DNA of 32,000 bases from Candidatus Iainarchaeum sp. (lineage in GTDB: Archaea > Iainarchaeota > Iainarchaeia > Iainarchaeales > VGJJ01), in the NCBI GenBank assembly GCA_030688545.1, contig JAUYHT010000008.1, forward strand, positions 120,001 through 152,000. Direction: 5' to 3'. The notes beneath the pieces are model-generated. The model ran no database searches and was not told where the DNA came from. It saw only the letters and a list, made by a program, of their open reading frames with translations. Positions 24,231-32,000 of this stretch are shown one piece after another (the stretch's first letter is position 1; the number at the start of each line of letters is the position of its first letter). The position numbers and the translations under genes are program-made.

Positions 24231-25538
24231 ATGTTCATGCCCCAAAAAAACCGATTGGCGTCGAGACAAGAAAGGGTATTGCGGAAAATAGGATTGATGC
24301 CATTAACCTCTACTAAAGAAATTTCCACGCGTTTTGGAATATCAATTAATAACCTCAAAATTATTGAGAGATTACATGCGGGAAGGTTAGAAACCAAAAG
24401 AGGATTAATCGAAAAGTTTTCAAGGGACCCCAACAAAAATCGTCTTTTAACGCACCCAAAATTATGGGCATTGCATCGAACCATGGAACTGGCACCCCTT
24501 TTAACCGCTAGGGAAATACATGAACAACTGGAAAGAGAAAAAAAACACCACCCTCACCTTTCCTCGCTAAAAATTCCGTCCGAAAATATGATAAATTTGA
24601 CAATTAAAAATTTAAAACTCCGCACCGAAGAACAGGAAAAGATATTGCTTCGAAAAAGATATGATAAAAGAAGAAGGCCCATCAACGAATTGACTCCGGA
24701 GCAACGACAGATGCTAGCCGATGCCGCAAAACCCCTTATTGAAAGATATTGGAGTAAGATACGAAGAAATTATGGAGACGAATTGGCTGACATCATCCGT
24801 GACCATATTCAGGACGAAACCAAGTATGTTCGAATTCCCGCCCATTTATCAAAAGAAGAGATGGAACACGCATGGTTGGCCTACCTGAAAAAAGGACAAC
24901 GCTACTTTTTTCTGCGAGGGGTAGCCATTCTCCGATCGCGCACAAAAGGAAAGCGCCGCATTCAGTTTCCCGAAGGAGAAATTCCTAATATTGAAATCGA
25001 AGCACTCCAACCGATAGAAAGAGAAATGGAATTCCCTCCCGACATAACGTTTCCTACCCGCTTAAGTCGACGAGAAGGGCAAGTATTGCAGTTATTGAAA
25101 GAAGGAAAAACGCGAAAGCAGATTGCTGTAATACAAGGGGTAGGAACCGCTGCTATCGGTGCTACTGTAAGTAGGATTCGAAAAAAAATAAAAATAGGAG
25201 GTGGCGAAGAAACACCCCGCCCATCAGAAAAAACCTCACTCCCAATAAAAAAAGCTATTCGCAGACCACTTGATCCTCCAAAACAACAAAAATATCCAGA
25301 AACACATATTGGTGACCCTATTCGACGAGCCATCATTACCTACCTTTCAAAGAGAGCAGGAACCTATTATTCACGAGGGAGATTAAAGCAAAGAATACGT
25401 GAGGAGTTTCCAAGTCCACATCCATCTACATTTTGGAAAAAACGTGTCATGCCCCAAATCCAATACTTATTAGAAAATGGCTGGATTGAGGAAGAAATCA
25501 TCCAAGGGAAAGTACCTTGGTACCGGTTGAAAACCTAA
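24231..25538 (+). CDS. multi-HTH DNA-binding protein: N-terminal sigma-4-like HTH, LuxR/GerE-type HTH, C-terminal winged helix
   Basis: LSRREGQVLQLLKEGKTRKQIAVIQGVGTAAIGATVSRIRKKI (nt 25062-25190) matches the LuxR/GerE pattern. The N-terminal LASRQERVLRKIGLMPLTSTKEISTRFGISINNLKIIE is also HTH-like. C-terminal IITYLSKRAG...IQYLLENGWIEEE..GKVPWYRL looks like a wHTH. Confidence 0.6.
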   Translation: MFMPQKNRLASRQERVLRKIGLMPLTSTKEISTRFGISINNLKIIERLHAGRLETKRGLIEKFSRDPNKNRLLTHPKLWALHRTMELAPLLTAREIHEQLEREKKHHPHLSSLKIPSENMINLTIKNLKLRTEEQEKILLRKRYDKRRRPINELTPEQRQMLADAAKPLIERYWSKIRRNYGDELADIIRDHIQDETKYVRIPAHLSKEEMEHAWLAYLKKGQRYFFLRGVAILRSRTKGKRRIQFPEGEIPNIEIEALQPIEREMEFPPDITFPTRLSRREGQVLQLLKEGKTRKQIAVIQGVGTAAIGATVSRIRKKIKIGGGEETPRPSEKTSLPIKKAIRRPLDPPKQQKYPETHIGDPIRRAIITYLSKRAGTYYSRGRLKQRIREEFPSPHPSTFWKKRVMPQIQYLLENGWIEEEIIQGKVPWYRLKT

Positions 25539-25616
25539 AAAACCAAATCCGCTGCTGAATGTTGGCACAATTCAACCGTTTTGAAACCTACGGCGGTTTG
25601 GTCCCGATAAAATTAA

Positions 25617-25934
25617 ATGGATAAAAATGAAGGTCACCATATGTCTGATATTGAGCACGAAAATGAAGCCTATGAGGAGCTCAAGGATTTCCTTGAGAAT
25701 CGGTTCAATAATTTTCATTATACCATCATTGTCGGCCTCGGCCGAATTGAAAATGACAAAGAGATATATGCCATGGGATTCACATTATCGAATACGGATG
25801 CGCATACACCCTTTGGTATTATTAAGGGAATAATTGCTAATATAATAGCTGAATATCAGCAATTGATCGACCAGTATGAGCCAAACCCCGCCCCCTCGCT
25901 TTTCAAAACAAAAGGAGAAAAACCAAATGCCTAA
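25617..25934 (+). CDS. small acidic hypothetical protein
   Basis: 105 aa, ATG at 25617, AT-rich. No motif recognised. Confidence 0.35.
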   Translation: MDKNEGHHMSDIEHENEAYEELKDFLENRFNNFHYTIIVGLGRIENDKEIYAMGFTLSNTDAHTPFGIIKGIIANIIAEYQQLIDQYEPNPAPSLFKTKGEKPNA

Positions 25935-26026
25935 CATTACCCGCATTCGTGTTCCGATTGACCGTCTCGATTTACTCCGAGTTCCTTTTCCAAAAGAAAT
26001 ACTCGTGGATGCTAAAAAGGAAATGG

Positions 26027-27274
26027 CTAAAAAAAATCAAGCAAACGACGCTGATGCATAATCCGATCCAGCAATTTTGAATTTTTCTTCCATTCCTTCA
26101 AAGGAATGGTCAATTTTGATCCGAGTGCCTGTAACGCCGGTTCCAACGAATCGAATAAATATGAAGACTGTTCCATGGCGTTTCGCACATTCTGGCGACA
26201 CTGCCAAACACCCATAGGTTGTTGATACCCGGGCCCAATCTCCCGGAAGATTATGGCCGCGGCTTGCCGGCGGTTCTCTTTCATCCACTCAAGCACCGCG
26301 AGGCGCGTAGCATAATATCCTCCTGCCACATTCTCGGCATAATTTTTCCGCCCATCAAAGAATTCATGATCGCAACTCATGTGCACATTCGTCATCTCCT
26401 GCGCCCAAAAGGAACCCGGGCGATATGCTTCCATGATGTCGAATCCCCATTCCCGAGGAAGGAGGAGAACATAGAAATGATTATCCAAAAAATGGGATTC
26501 AAAAAGACGGAACTCATCAATCTGAGAAAAATCCTTGATTTGGTCGATGAGATATTTGCCGATGGTGTCGTCGGATACGGTGATGCTCCAGCGCGTGGGA
26601 GTCAATTTTCGGTTCGCCATCACCCCCAACGTACCCGCGCTCAACAGTTTGTACAAATGATGCACAGGAATATCTTTCTCGTATAATTCCTGCATCGCGG
26701 TGGCGGCCTTGACCTGGTGATCACTGACCAAATACTCCACCTTATCGGGAATGTGGGGGTTTTCCTGCAACGAAAAATGTTTCATGGGCGCCTGTGGACC
26801 CATGGGGGGTGTGTCATGGGAGAATTCCAGTTTGGACATCGGGCTTTTTGTCAATTCCACTTCCACCTCCACCTTTTGGGAAGCCATGGCAATCTCCTGG
26901 ATCTTCTGCAACTCATTGGAAGGATTGCGCGCGGCATGAATCGACATAGGAAGGTTGGACCGAATTAATTGGGAGCGGAATCCCACCAGTTCATCCAATG
27001 GCCTCCCGAACCAGCGCTCCGGGTTGTCCAACAGGTCCGCGGCGTCCGCATCCAAGGAGAACGTGGGGGCCATGGGGGCAATTTTAACCTTGGGATAACC
27101 ATGATGGGAGACGAATAACGAGGGAGGGGAACTCCCTGAAAATACCTTTCCTTTCATCCGCGAAATGGTGCGCTGTTGCCCCTCATGCTTCTCCAAAACC
27201 CAGCATATGGGCCCACACCACAAGCGCCCACGGCACTTGACACACGTTTCGGGGGAGGGCTTGAGGGGCTGCAT
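26027..27274 (-). CDS. nreA: archaeal DNA repair protein NreA (Nre family, DUF650/DUF651)
   Basis: N-terminal Cys cluster CVKCRGRLWCGPIC, then FSGSSPPSLFVSHHGYPKVKIAPM, the family hallmark. I prefer the ATG at 27272-27274, because the track start is a TTG. Confidence 0.7.
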   Translation of the reverse strand: MQPLKPSPETCVKCRGRLWCGPICWVLEKHEGQQRTISRMKGKVFSGSSPPSLFVSHHGYPKVKIAPMAPTFSLDADAADLLDNPERWFGRPLDELVGFRSQLIRSNLPMSIHAARNPSNELQKIQEIAMASQKVEVEVELTKSPMSKLEFSHDTPPMGPQAPMKHFSLQENPHIPDKVEYLVSDHQVKAATAMQELYEKDIPVHHLYKLLSAGTLGVMANRKLTPTRWSITVSDDTIGKYLIDQIKDFSQIDEFRLFESHFLDNHFYVLLLPREWGFDIMEAYRPGSFWAQEMTNVHMSCDHEFFDGRKNYAENVAGGYYATRLAVLEWMKENRRQAAAIIFREIGPGYQQPMGVWQCRQNVRNAMEQSSYLFDSLEPALQALGSKLTIPLKEWKKNSKLLDRIMHQRRLLDFF

Positions 27275-27338
27275 ACCTAGGTAAAGACAAAACGGGCTTT
27301 TCAAGGTTTGGACGGTCTATCGCCGAGGAAAACGTTAA

Positions 27339-28397
27339 ATGGGTGGATTGGGTCAATCCCCCATGACCCGATCCTCCCGGTTGCCCAGCGAGCGATTCCA
27401 TCGCCGGCCATCAACGCGAGAAAGGACACGTGCCGCTCTACTAGCACGAACGAAAAAGGGATGGCTGGAACGCCTTCACGAACCGCCCCCCTGGTGGGAG
27501 AAAGGAAAACTGTTGGATTATAGAACTAAAAGATGGAATGAGGTGGAAGAAGGCATTCGTTCTACCAGTCCCGAAAAATACGCAGAAGCCGAGCGTCAGT
27601 TAAAAAACCATTTTGATTATCAAGCTGAATACGCGATTAGAAAATATTTTGAATTGAGACCAAACACCCCCTATTCATTTGAAGAAATATATACGCGCAT
27701 GCTCGAAAGACATTATTTCAACTTTTTGACAGCAGCCAAAGAAAATTTATCTGGTTCCTCTTATATTCTTGCAAGAATGAGCCTTGCCATCGGGCCGGAA
27801 AAAAGGGTTCTTGAAAGTTTTGAACAACAAAATCTACCAAAAGCAAGTCGCTTTACGAGCCACCCACGTTTTGGCAAAGCGAGTTCCAGAAAAATATCTT
27901 TACTTGGAATACTTCCCCCCCACATCCCGACAACGCCTAGCCGACCGGACATCGTGCATTACCTATCTGGGATACCTGAACCCAACCGGACCATTGTGAT
28001 GCGCTATTTCGGAGTAGGGACAGCACCCGAAACACTAGCTTCCATTGCAAAAGATTATGGCGTAACTGGGGTAAGAATTCGCCAACGGATTCGACGCTCG
28101 CTCGAAATCATCCGCACCAGAACGCGGCCACCAAAATCAAAAAAAAAGATTATCCGACGGAGGCGGAATGAACTCATTCGGGAAACCCTTGAAATATTCA
28201 TGAAAAAGGGGGAAGGTTCTATAAAAATGATCAAATCCAGAGACCTATTTTCCCTATTGCGATTAACATATCCGGCAATTAACTATTCCACTTTTATTCG
28301 GCTGCTAACTCAACTGGAAAGAGAGGATCGAATCGACCATATCGCTTATGGGGTATACACCCTCCGCCCGAAAGGGCGGCCGAGGAAAGACCATTAA
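27339..28397 (+). CDS. multi-HTH DNA-binding protein with a sigma-70 region-4-like HTH, a C-terminal winged helix and an AT-hook-like tail
   Basis: LSGIPEPNRTIVMRYFGVGTAPETLASIAKDYGVTGVRIRQRIRRSLEIIR (nt 27963-28115) matches the RpoD region 4 pattern L..L..rE..vl.mRfGl......TLeEvg..f.VTRERIRQIE.kALrKLR. The C-terminus is ...YGVYTLRPKGRPRKDH. The Arg-rich N-terminal 55 codons are GC-rich, so the true start is uncertain. Confidence 0.55.
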   Translation: MGGLGQSPMTRSSRLPSERFHRRPSTRERTRAALLARTKKGWLERLHEPPPWWEKGKLLDYRTKRWNEVEEGIRSTSPEKYAEAERQLKNHFDYQAEYAIRKYFELRPNTPYSFEEIYTRMLERHYFNFLTAAKENLSGSSYILARMSLAIGPEKRVLESFEQQNLPKASRFTSHPRFGKASSRKISLLGILPPHIPTTPSRPDIVHYLSGIPEPNRTIVMRYFGVGTAPETLASIAKDYGVTGVRIRQRIRRSLEIIRTRTRPPKSKKKIIRRRRNELIRETLEIFMKKGEGSIKMIKSRDLFSLLRLTYPAINYSTFIRLLTQLEREDRIDHIAYGVYTLRPKGRPRKDH

Positions 28398-28422
28398 AAC
28401 CCATCCTCCCGGAAGATAGGCT

Positions 28423-30357
28423 ATGGGCGAAACCGTTTCCCTGACCCTTCCTGACGGAAAAAAAATAGAGATGGAGAGAGGAACGACCGTGCGCCAAGCG
28501 GTGGAAAAAATTGGGCCGCGCCTGGCGAAAGACGCGCTCGCCGCATCCCTGAATGGGAAGCTCGTGGACCTATTCAGCGAAGTCATTACGGAGGCCGAAT
28601 TAAAGGTACTCACGTTCTCTTCGCCGGAAGGGAAAGAGGTGTATTGGCATTCCACCTCTCACCTCATGGCGTTCGCCATCGAGGAATTATTTCCAACCGC
28701 CAAAATTGCCATCGGCCCCGCCATCGAAGAAGGATTCTATTACGACATCGATTTTGAACGGCCATTTACCCCCGAGGATTTGGAAAAAATAGAAGCCAAA
28801 ATGCGCGAATTGGCCAAGGCGGATTTTCAAGTAAAACGCATCGAGATGAAACGGGATGACGCCATCCGCTTCTTCGAGAAGAGGAAGAACCCCTACAAGG
28901 TGGAGATCCTCTCGGAATTGGCTGATGAAAAGGTTTCCTTGTACGAGGAAGGGCGATTCATCGACCTCTGCACCGGTCCCCATGTCCCCTCCACGGGAAC
29001 GATTGGGGCGGTGAAATTGTTGCGCGTCTCTGGGGCCTATTGGCGAGGGGATGCCAAAAACAAACAATTGCAGCGCGTCTATGGAATAAGCTTTCCGACG
29101 CAAAAAGAAATGGAAGCCTTTTTGAAGGAACTGGAAGAAAGAGAAAAACGCGACCACCGGCGAATAGGAAAAGAGATGAAGATCTTTGCCTTCCATGAAG
29201 ACATTGGGATGGGATTGCCATTATGGCTGCCAAATGGGGAGCAGTTGTTTCATACCCTCCAAGAATTTATGCGGGAAGTGGAGGAAGAAGCGGGATACCA
29301 ATATGTGCGCACTCCCCATATCATCAAGGGAAAAATGCTCGAACGCACCGGACACATCCCGTATTACACCGCCTCCATGTACACCCCCATTGAGATTGAG
29401 GGGGAACACTATTACCTCAGACCCATGAACTGCCCCCACCACCACGCCATCTATTCGGAACTGGTGCAGAGCTACAAACAGCTCCCTCTTCGTTTAGCCG
29501 AAGCAGGAACGATATACCGGTATGAATTGAGCGGAACCATGTATGGAATTATCCGCACGCGGGGATTTACCCAGAACGATGCCCACCTCTACGTGACACC
29601 GGAACAGGTGGAAGATGAAGTGATAAACGTACTGCAAATGAATATAGACATTTATGAAAAAATGGGATTGAAAAACTATTGGTTCCAATTGTCCCTGCCG
29701 GATTTCGAAGGACATCCTGAAAAATATGCGGGTGACAAAAAAAGGTGGGAAATGGCCGCGGAGGCCCTGCGCCGGGCCGGTAAACGGATCAAAAAGAATG
29801 TAGTGGAAGTGATGGATGAAGCCGCGTTCTATGGTCCCAAAATAGATATACAGACCAAAAATGTTAAAGGGAAGGAAGAGTCCATCGCCACCGTACAAGT
29901 AGACATCATGGTCCCCAAAAGACTTGGGTTAACCTACATCGACGAGCAGGATAAACCTCAAATACCCGTTGTCATCCACCGGGCCATCATCGGCAGCTAT
30001 GAGCGATTCATCGCGTTCCTATTGGAACAGACGATGGGAAAATTTCCCCTATGGCTGGCACCAGTGCAGGTAAAAATTCTCCCCCTGAGCGAAAAGTTCC
30101 GCACCTACGGAGAAAAAGTCTTTTTGGAAATGAAAAAGCGGGGAATTAGGGTAGAACTGGATTCCACGGACGAGACACTCAACTATCGCATCCGGAATGC
30201 GCAACTGGAAAAAGTTCCCTACATGGTGATTGTCGGGGAAAAAGAAGAGAAGGCCCATGCCGTGAGCATCCGAACACGCCAAGGAAACCAGGAGAATGGG
30301 ATTCCTTTCGACACTTTTTTGGCCCGCATCCAAAAAGAAAATGACGAAAAGGAATAA
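28423..30357 (+). CDS. thrS: threonyl-tRNA synthetase, full-length bacterial/eukaryal-type architecture (TGS + N2 editing + class II core + anticodon-binding)
   Basis: TGS start ...LTLPDGKKIEMERGTT, editing motifs HSTSHLMA and GPAIEEGFYYD, class II motifs YLRPMNCPHH, FTQNDAH, and the C-terminal LAPVQVKILPLS anticodon-binding domain. Confidence 0.9.
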   Translation: MGETVSLTLPDGKKIEMERGTTVRQAVEKIGPRLAKDALAASLNGKLVDLFSEVITEAELKVLTFSSPEGKEVYWHSTSHLMAFAIEELFPTAKIAIGPAIEEGFYYDIDFERPFTPEDLEKIEAKMRELAKADFQVKRIEMKRDDAIRFFEKRKNPYKVEILSELADEKVSLYEEGRFIDLCTGPHVPSTGTIGAVKLLRVSGAYWRGDAKNKQLQRVYGISFPTQKEMEAFLKELEEREKRDHRRIGKEMKIFAFHEDIGMGLPLWLPNGEQLFHTLQEFMREVEEEAGYQYVRTPHIIKGKMLERTGHIPYYTASMYTPIEIEGEHYYLRPMNCPHHHAIYSELVQSYKQLPLRLAEAGTIYRYELSGTMYGIIRTRGFTQNDAHLYVTPEQVEDEVINVLQMNIDIYEKMGLKNYWFQLSLPDFEGHPEKYAGDKKRWEMAAEALRRAGKRIKKNVVEVMDEAAFYGPKIDIQTKNVKGKEESIATVQVDIMVPKRLGLTYIDEQDKPQIPVVIHRAIIGSYERFIAFLLEQTMGKFPLWLAPVQVKILPLSEKFRTYGEKVFLEMKKRGIRVELDSTDETLNYRIRNAQLEKVPYMVIVGEKEEKAHAVSIRTRQGNQENGIPFDTFLARIQKENDEKE

Positions 30358-30475
30358 ATGGCCTAATTATCTTTTTTCACCAGGAATAGAACCCGAAACC
30401 GGTGACATGAATTTATGGATGAAATAATGGGCACCCTCACTCTCTCTTTTATGGTCGCGTGGGGCTAATATTTGG

Positions 30476-31585
30476 ATGCAACCCCCATCCCTTCTCATAG
30501 GTTTTTTGATTTTAGGCTCCATCGTTCTAGGAATCATCTTCCTGGGCCAACCTCAACCACTCGCACCCGACCTCGATATTTCAAACACCCTCCCTAAAGA
30601 CAATCAGAATATTGAAACCATCGCGGAAGGACTGACTATTCCCTGGGAGGTGACTTTTTTGCCTAATGGCGAATGGCTCGCGACTGAAAGACCCGGGAGG
30701 CTGTGGCGCAGTGGTGGAGACAACTCACCCATCACTATTGAAGGAGTCCATTACTCCGGGGAAGGAGGATTATTAGGTATGGCCCTCCATCCGCAATTCC
30801 AAACCAACGGGTGGATTTACCTCTATTACACTTCCCAAAACGATGGACTAATTGAAAACCAGGTATCCCGATATGTATTTGATGGCCAGCAAAATAGGTT
30901 GACCAATGCTAAAACGATATTGGGGGGTATCCCGGGATCGGCCAACCACCATGGCGGCCGGATCGCTTTCGGGCCTGATGGATATCTATACATCACCACC
31001 GGCGACGCGCAACAATCGGAAACGGCGCAGGACATAACCTCGCTCGCCGGAAAAATATTACGGGTGGATGAAAACGGGAACATTCCTTCTGATAATCCAT
31101 TCGGAAATCAAGTGTATTCGTTTGGCCACCGCAACCCCCAAGGATTAACATGGGATGCGGAAGGACAGTTATGGTCCACGGAACACGGGCGCTCCGGACT
31201 GGCCTCAGGATTCGACGAGCTCAATCAGATTGAATCAGGGAACAACTATGGATGGCCCGCCATTCAAGGAGATGAAACGGGAGAGGGGTTTAGAAATCCC
31301 ATTATCCATTCCGGCGCCACCGACACCTGGGCGCCGGCGGGGATGGCTTTCCACCAAGGAAAGATCTATTTCGCCGGACTACGAGGAGAAGCGCTATACG
31401 AATACGACCTCGTTACTCATGAACTGAAAATCCATTTCAAACACCGGTTTGGAAGGCTACGCGCCGTGGTTGCCCAAGCGGATGCGCTCTACCTTTCCAC
31501 GAGCAACCTGGACGGAAGGGGCATTCCCCGGGTCGGGGATGACAGGATCATCCGAATCAACTGGTCCTATTTCAAGGATACGTGA
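30476..31585 (+). CDS. PQQ-dependent sugar (glucose/sorbosone) dehydrogenase-family beta-propeller, membrane-anchored or secreted
   Basis: N-terminal hydrophobic helix, then PWEVTFLPNG, GEGGLLGMALHP, HHGGRIAFGPDGYLYITTGD, GHRNPQGLTWD, NYGWP, all typical GSDH-family blocks. Confidence 0.8.
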   Translation: MQPPSLLIGFLILGSIVLGIIFLGQPQPLAPDLDISNTLPKDNQNIETIAEGLTIPWEVTFLPNGEWLATERPGRLWRSGGDNSPITIEGVHYSGEGGLLGMALHPQFQTNGWIYLYYTSQNDGLIENQVSRYVFDGQQNRLTNAKTILGGIPGSANHHGGRIAFGPDGYLYITTGDAQQSETAQDITSLAGKILRVDENGNIPSDNPFGNQVYSFGHRNPQGLTWDAEGQLWSTEHGRSGLASGFDELNQIESGNNYGWPAIQGDETGEGFRNPIIHSGATDTWAPAGMAFHQGKIYFAGLRGEALYEYDLVTHELKIHFKHRFGRLRAVVAQADALYLSTSNLDGRGIPRVGDDRIIRINWSYFKDT

Positions 31586-31767
31586 AATGACTATCTCTCC
31601 ACTCTAAAATGAATCCAACGAATGGAAAACTTTACCGAATGTCCAATCGCTCGCGAAACAGTGCAAAAACAATCTGAAGGCCAAATAATCGGAAATTCGC
31701 CATATCAAAAAATAAAATTTCATTAAAATAGGAAAAAACTATCCCGCGAACCAGTTAATTAATCCTA

Positions 31768-32000
31768 TCAACTCTTGTGCAATACCCATCTATTCGCATA
31801 CATGAAAGGGATGTCAACCAATCCCACTAACCATTTCATGGCTATCAAACCAATGAAAATTGGAACTATTGGCTGCAATCCATAAAATGCCAATGTGACG
31901 AATATCATCGAATCCACTGCCATTGATGGGATGGAACTAAAAACATTCCTCATCCATAATTGTTTTCCCTTCGTAAACTCTTTGAACCAAGCGAAAATGT
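31768..32000 (-). CDS. yhhQ: queuosine-precursor transporter family (YhhQ / VUT / DUF165), C-terminal part; the gene continues beyond the window
   Basis: The frame stays open upstream of the track Met to nt 32000 (...IFAWFKEFTKGKQLW-MRNVFSSIPSMAVDSMIFVTLAFYG...), matching the conserved lW.R...S......DS.iF..iAF block. Confidence 0.55.
   Translation of the reverse strand, partial: IFAWFKEFTKGKQLWMRNVFSSIPSMAVDSMIFVTLAFYGLQPIVPIFIGLIAMKWLVGLVDIPFMYANRWVLHKS

Noticed and set aside
25927-26061. The 44-aa ORF as a confident gene call.
   Set aside because: It would overlap the convergent nreA 3' end by 35 nt and has no recognisable motif. It is reported only as a low-interest observation.
27275-27500. 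The GC-rich 5' part of ORF 27339, considered as non-coding DNA or a separate element.
   Set aside because: There is no alternative in-frame ATG until about codon 121, and the frame stays open. I kept the long ORF but flagged the start as uncertain, since the Arg-rich tail could be real or the start could be a non-ATG codon downstream.
1-32000. Search for CRISPR arrays, tandem repeats, DGR template/variable repeat pairs, reverse transcriptase, integrase/transposase, tRNA/rRNA genes.
   Set aside because: By eye, no regularly spaced direct repeats, no long duplicated segments and no T-loop/acceptor-stem combinations appear in any intergenic region. No ORF has RT (YxDD), DDE or tyrosine-recombinase motifs. 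A proper scan (tRNAscan-SE, Infernal, minced, self-dotplot) could still find something I missed.

Overview
This is an archaeal chromosomal window. The conserved core is archaeal informational and translation genes: an RFC small subunit interrupted by a large intein, Pelota, ABCE1, a class-I CCA-adding enzyme, Elp3, NreA and ThrRS. It is tightly packed, with many 1-8 nt gene overlaps, and reads like a small-genome (DPANN-like) lineage; that placement is inference only. I saw no rRNA, tRNA, CRISPR array, transposase, integrase or reverse transcriptase.

Composition is strongly mosaic. On 60-nt lines I counted by hand, nt 1-4562 and several single genes are about 25-40% GC, while the conserved genes are about 55-60% GC. 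The AT-rich genes are 12696-14391, 19623-20483, the intein at 21650-23542, 24231-26060 and about 27500-28397. They also use different synonymous codons from the GC-rich genes.

Most unusual items, in rough order of interest:
1. 14429-15155: a translationally coupled pair of a minimal Rossmannoid (CARF/SLOG-like) protein and a membrane-anchored PD-(D/E)xK, Holliday-junction-resolvase-like nuclease.
2. 24231-25538 and 27339-28397: two multi-HTH proteins with bacterial sigma-70 region-4 / LuxR-type helix-turn-helix motifs, flanking nreA. One ends in an AT-hook-like GRP motif.
3. 12696-14391: two AT-rich, basic, helical ORFans.
4. 19623-20483: a kinase-fold protein whose catalytic Asp appears to be replaced, sitting between two polytopic membrane proteins.
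5. 21650-23542: a 631-aa LAGLIDADG intein with extra HTH modules in RFC.
6. A vapBC module with a perfect palindromic operator candidate, plus a second TA-like pair.

All functional calls come from motif recognition by eye. No database search was run.
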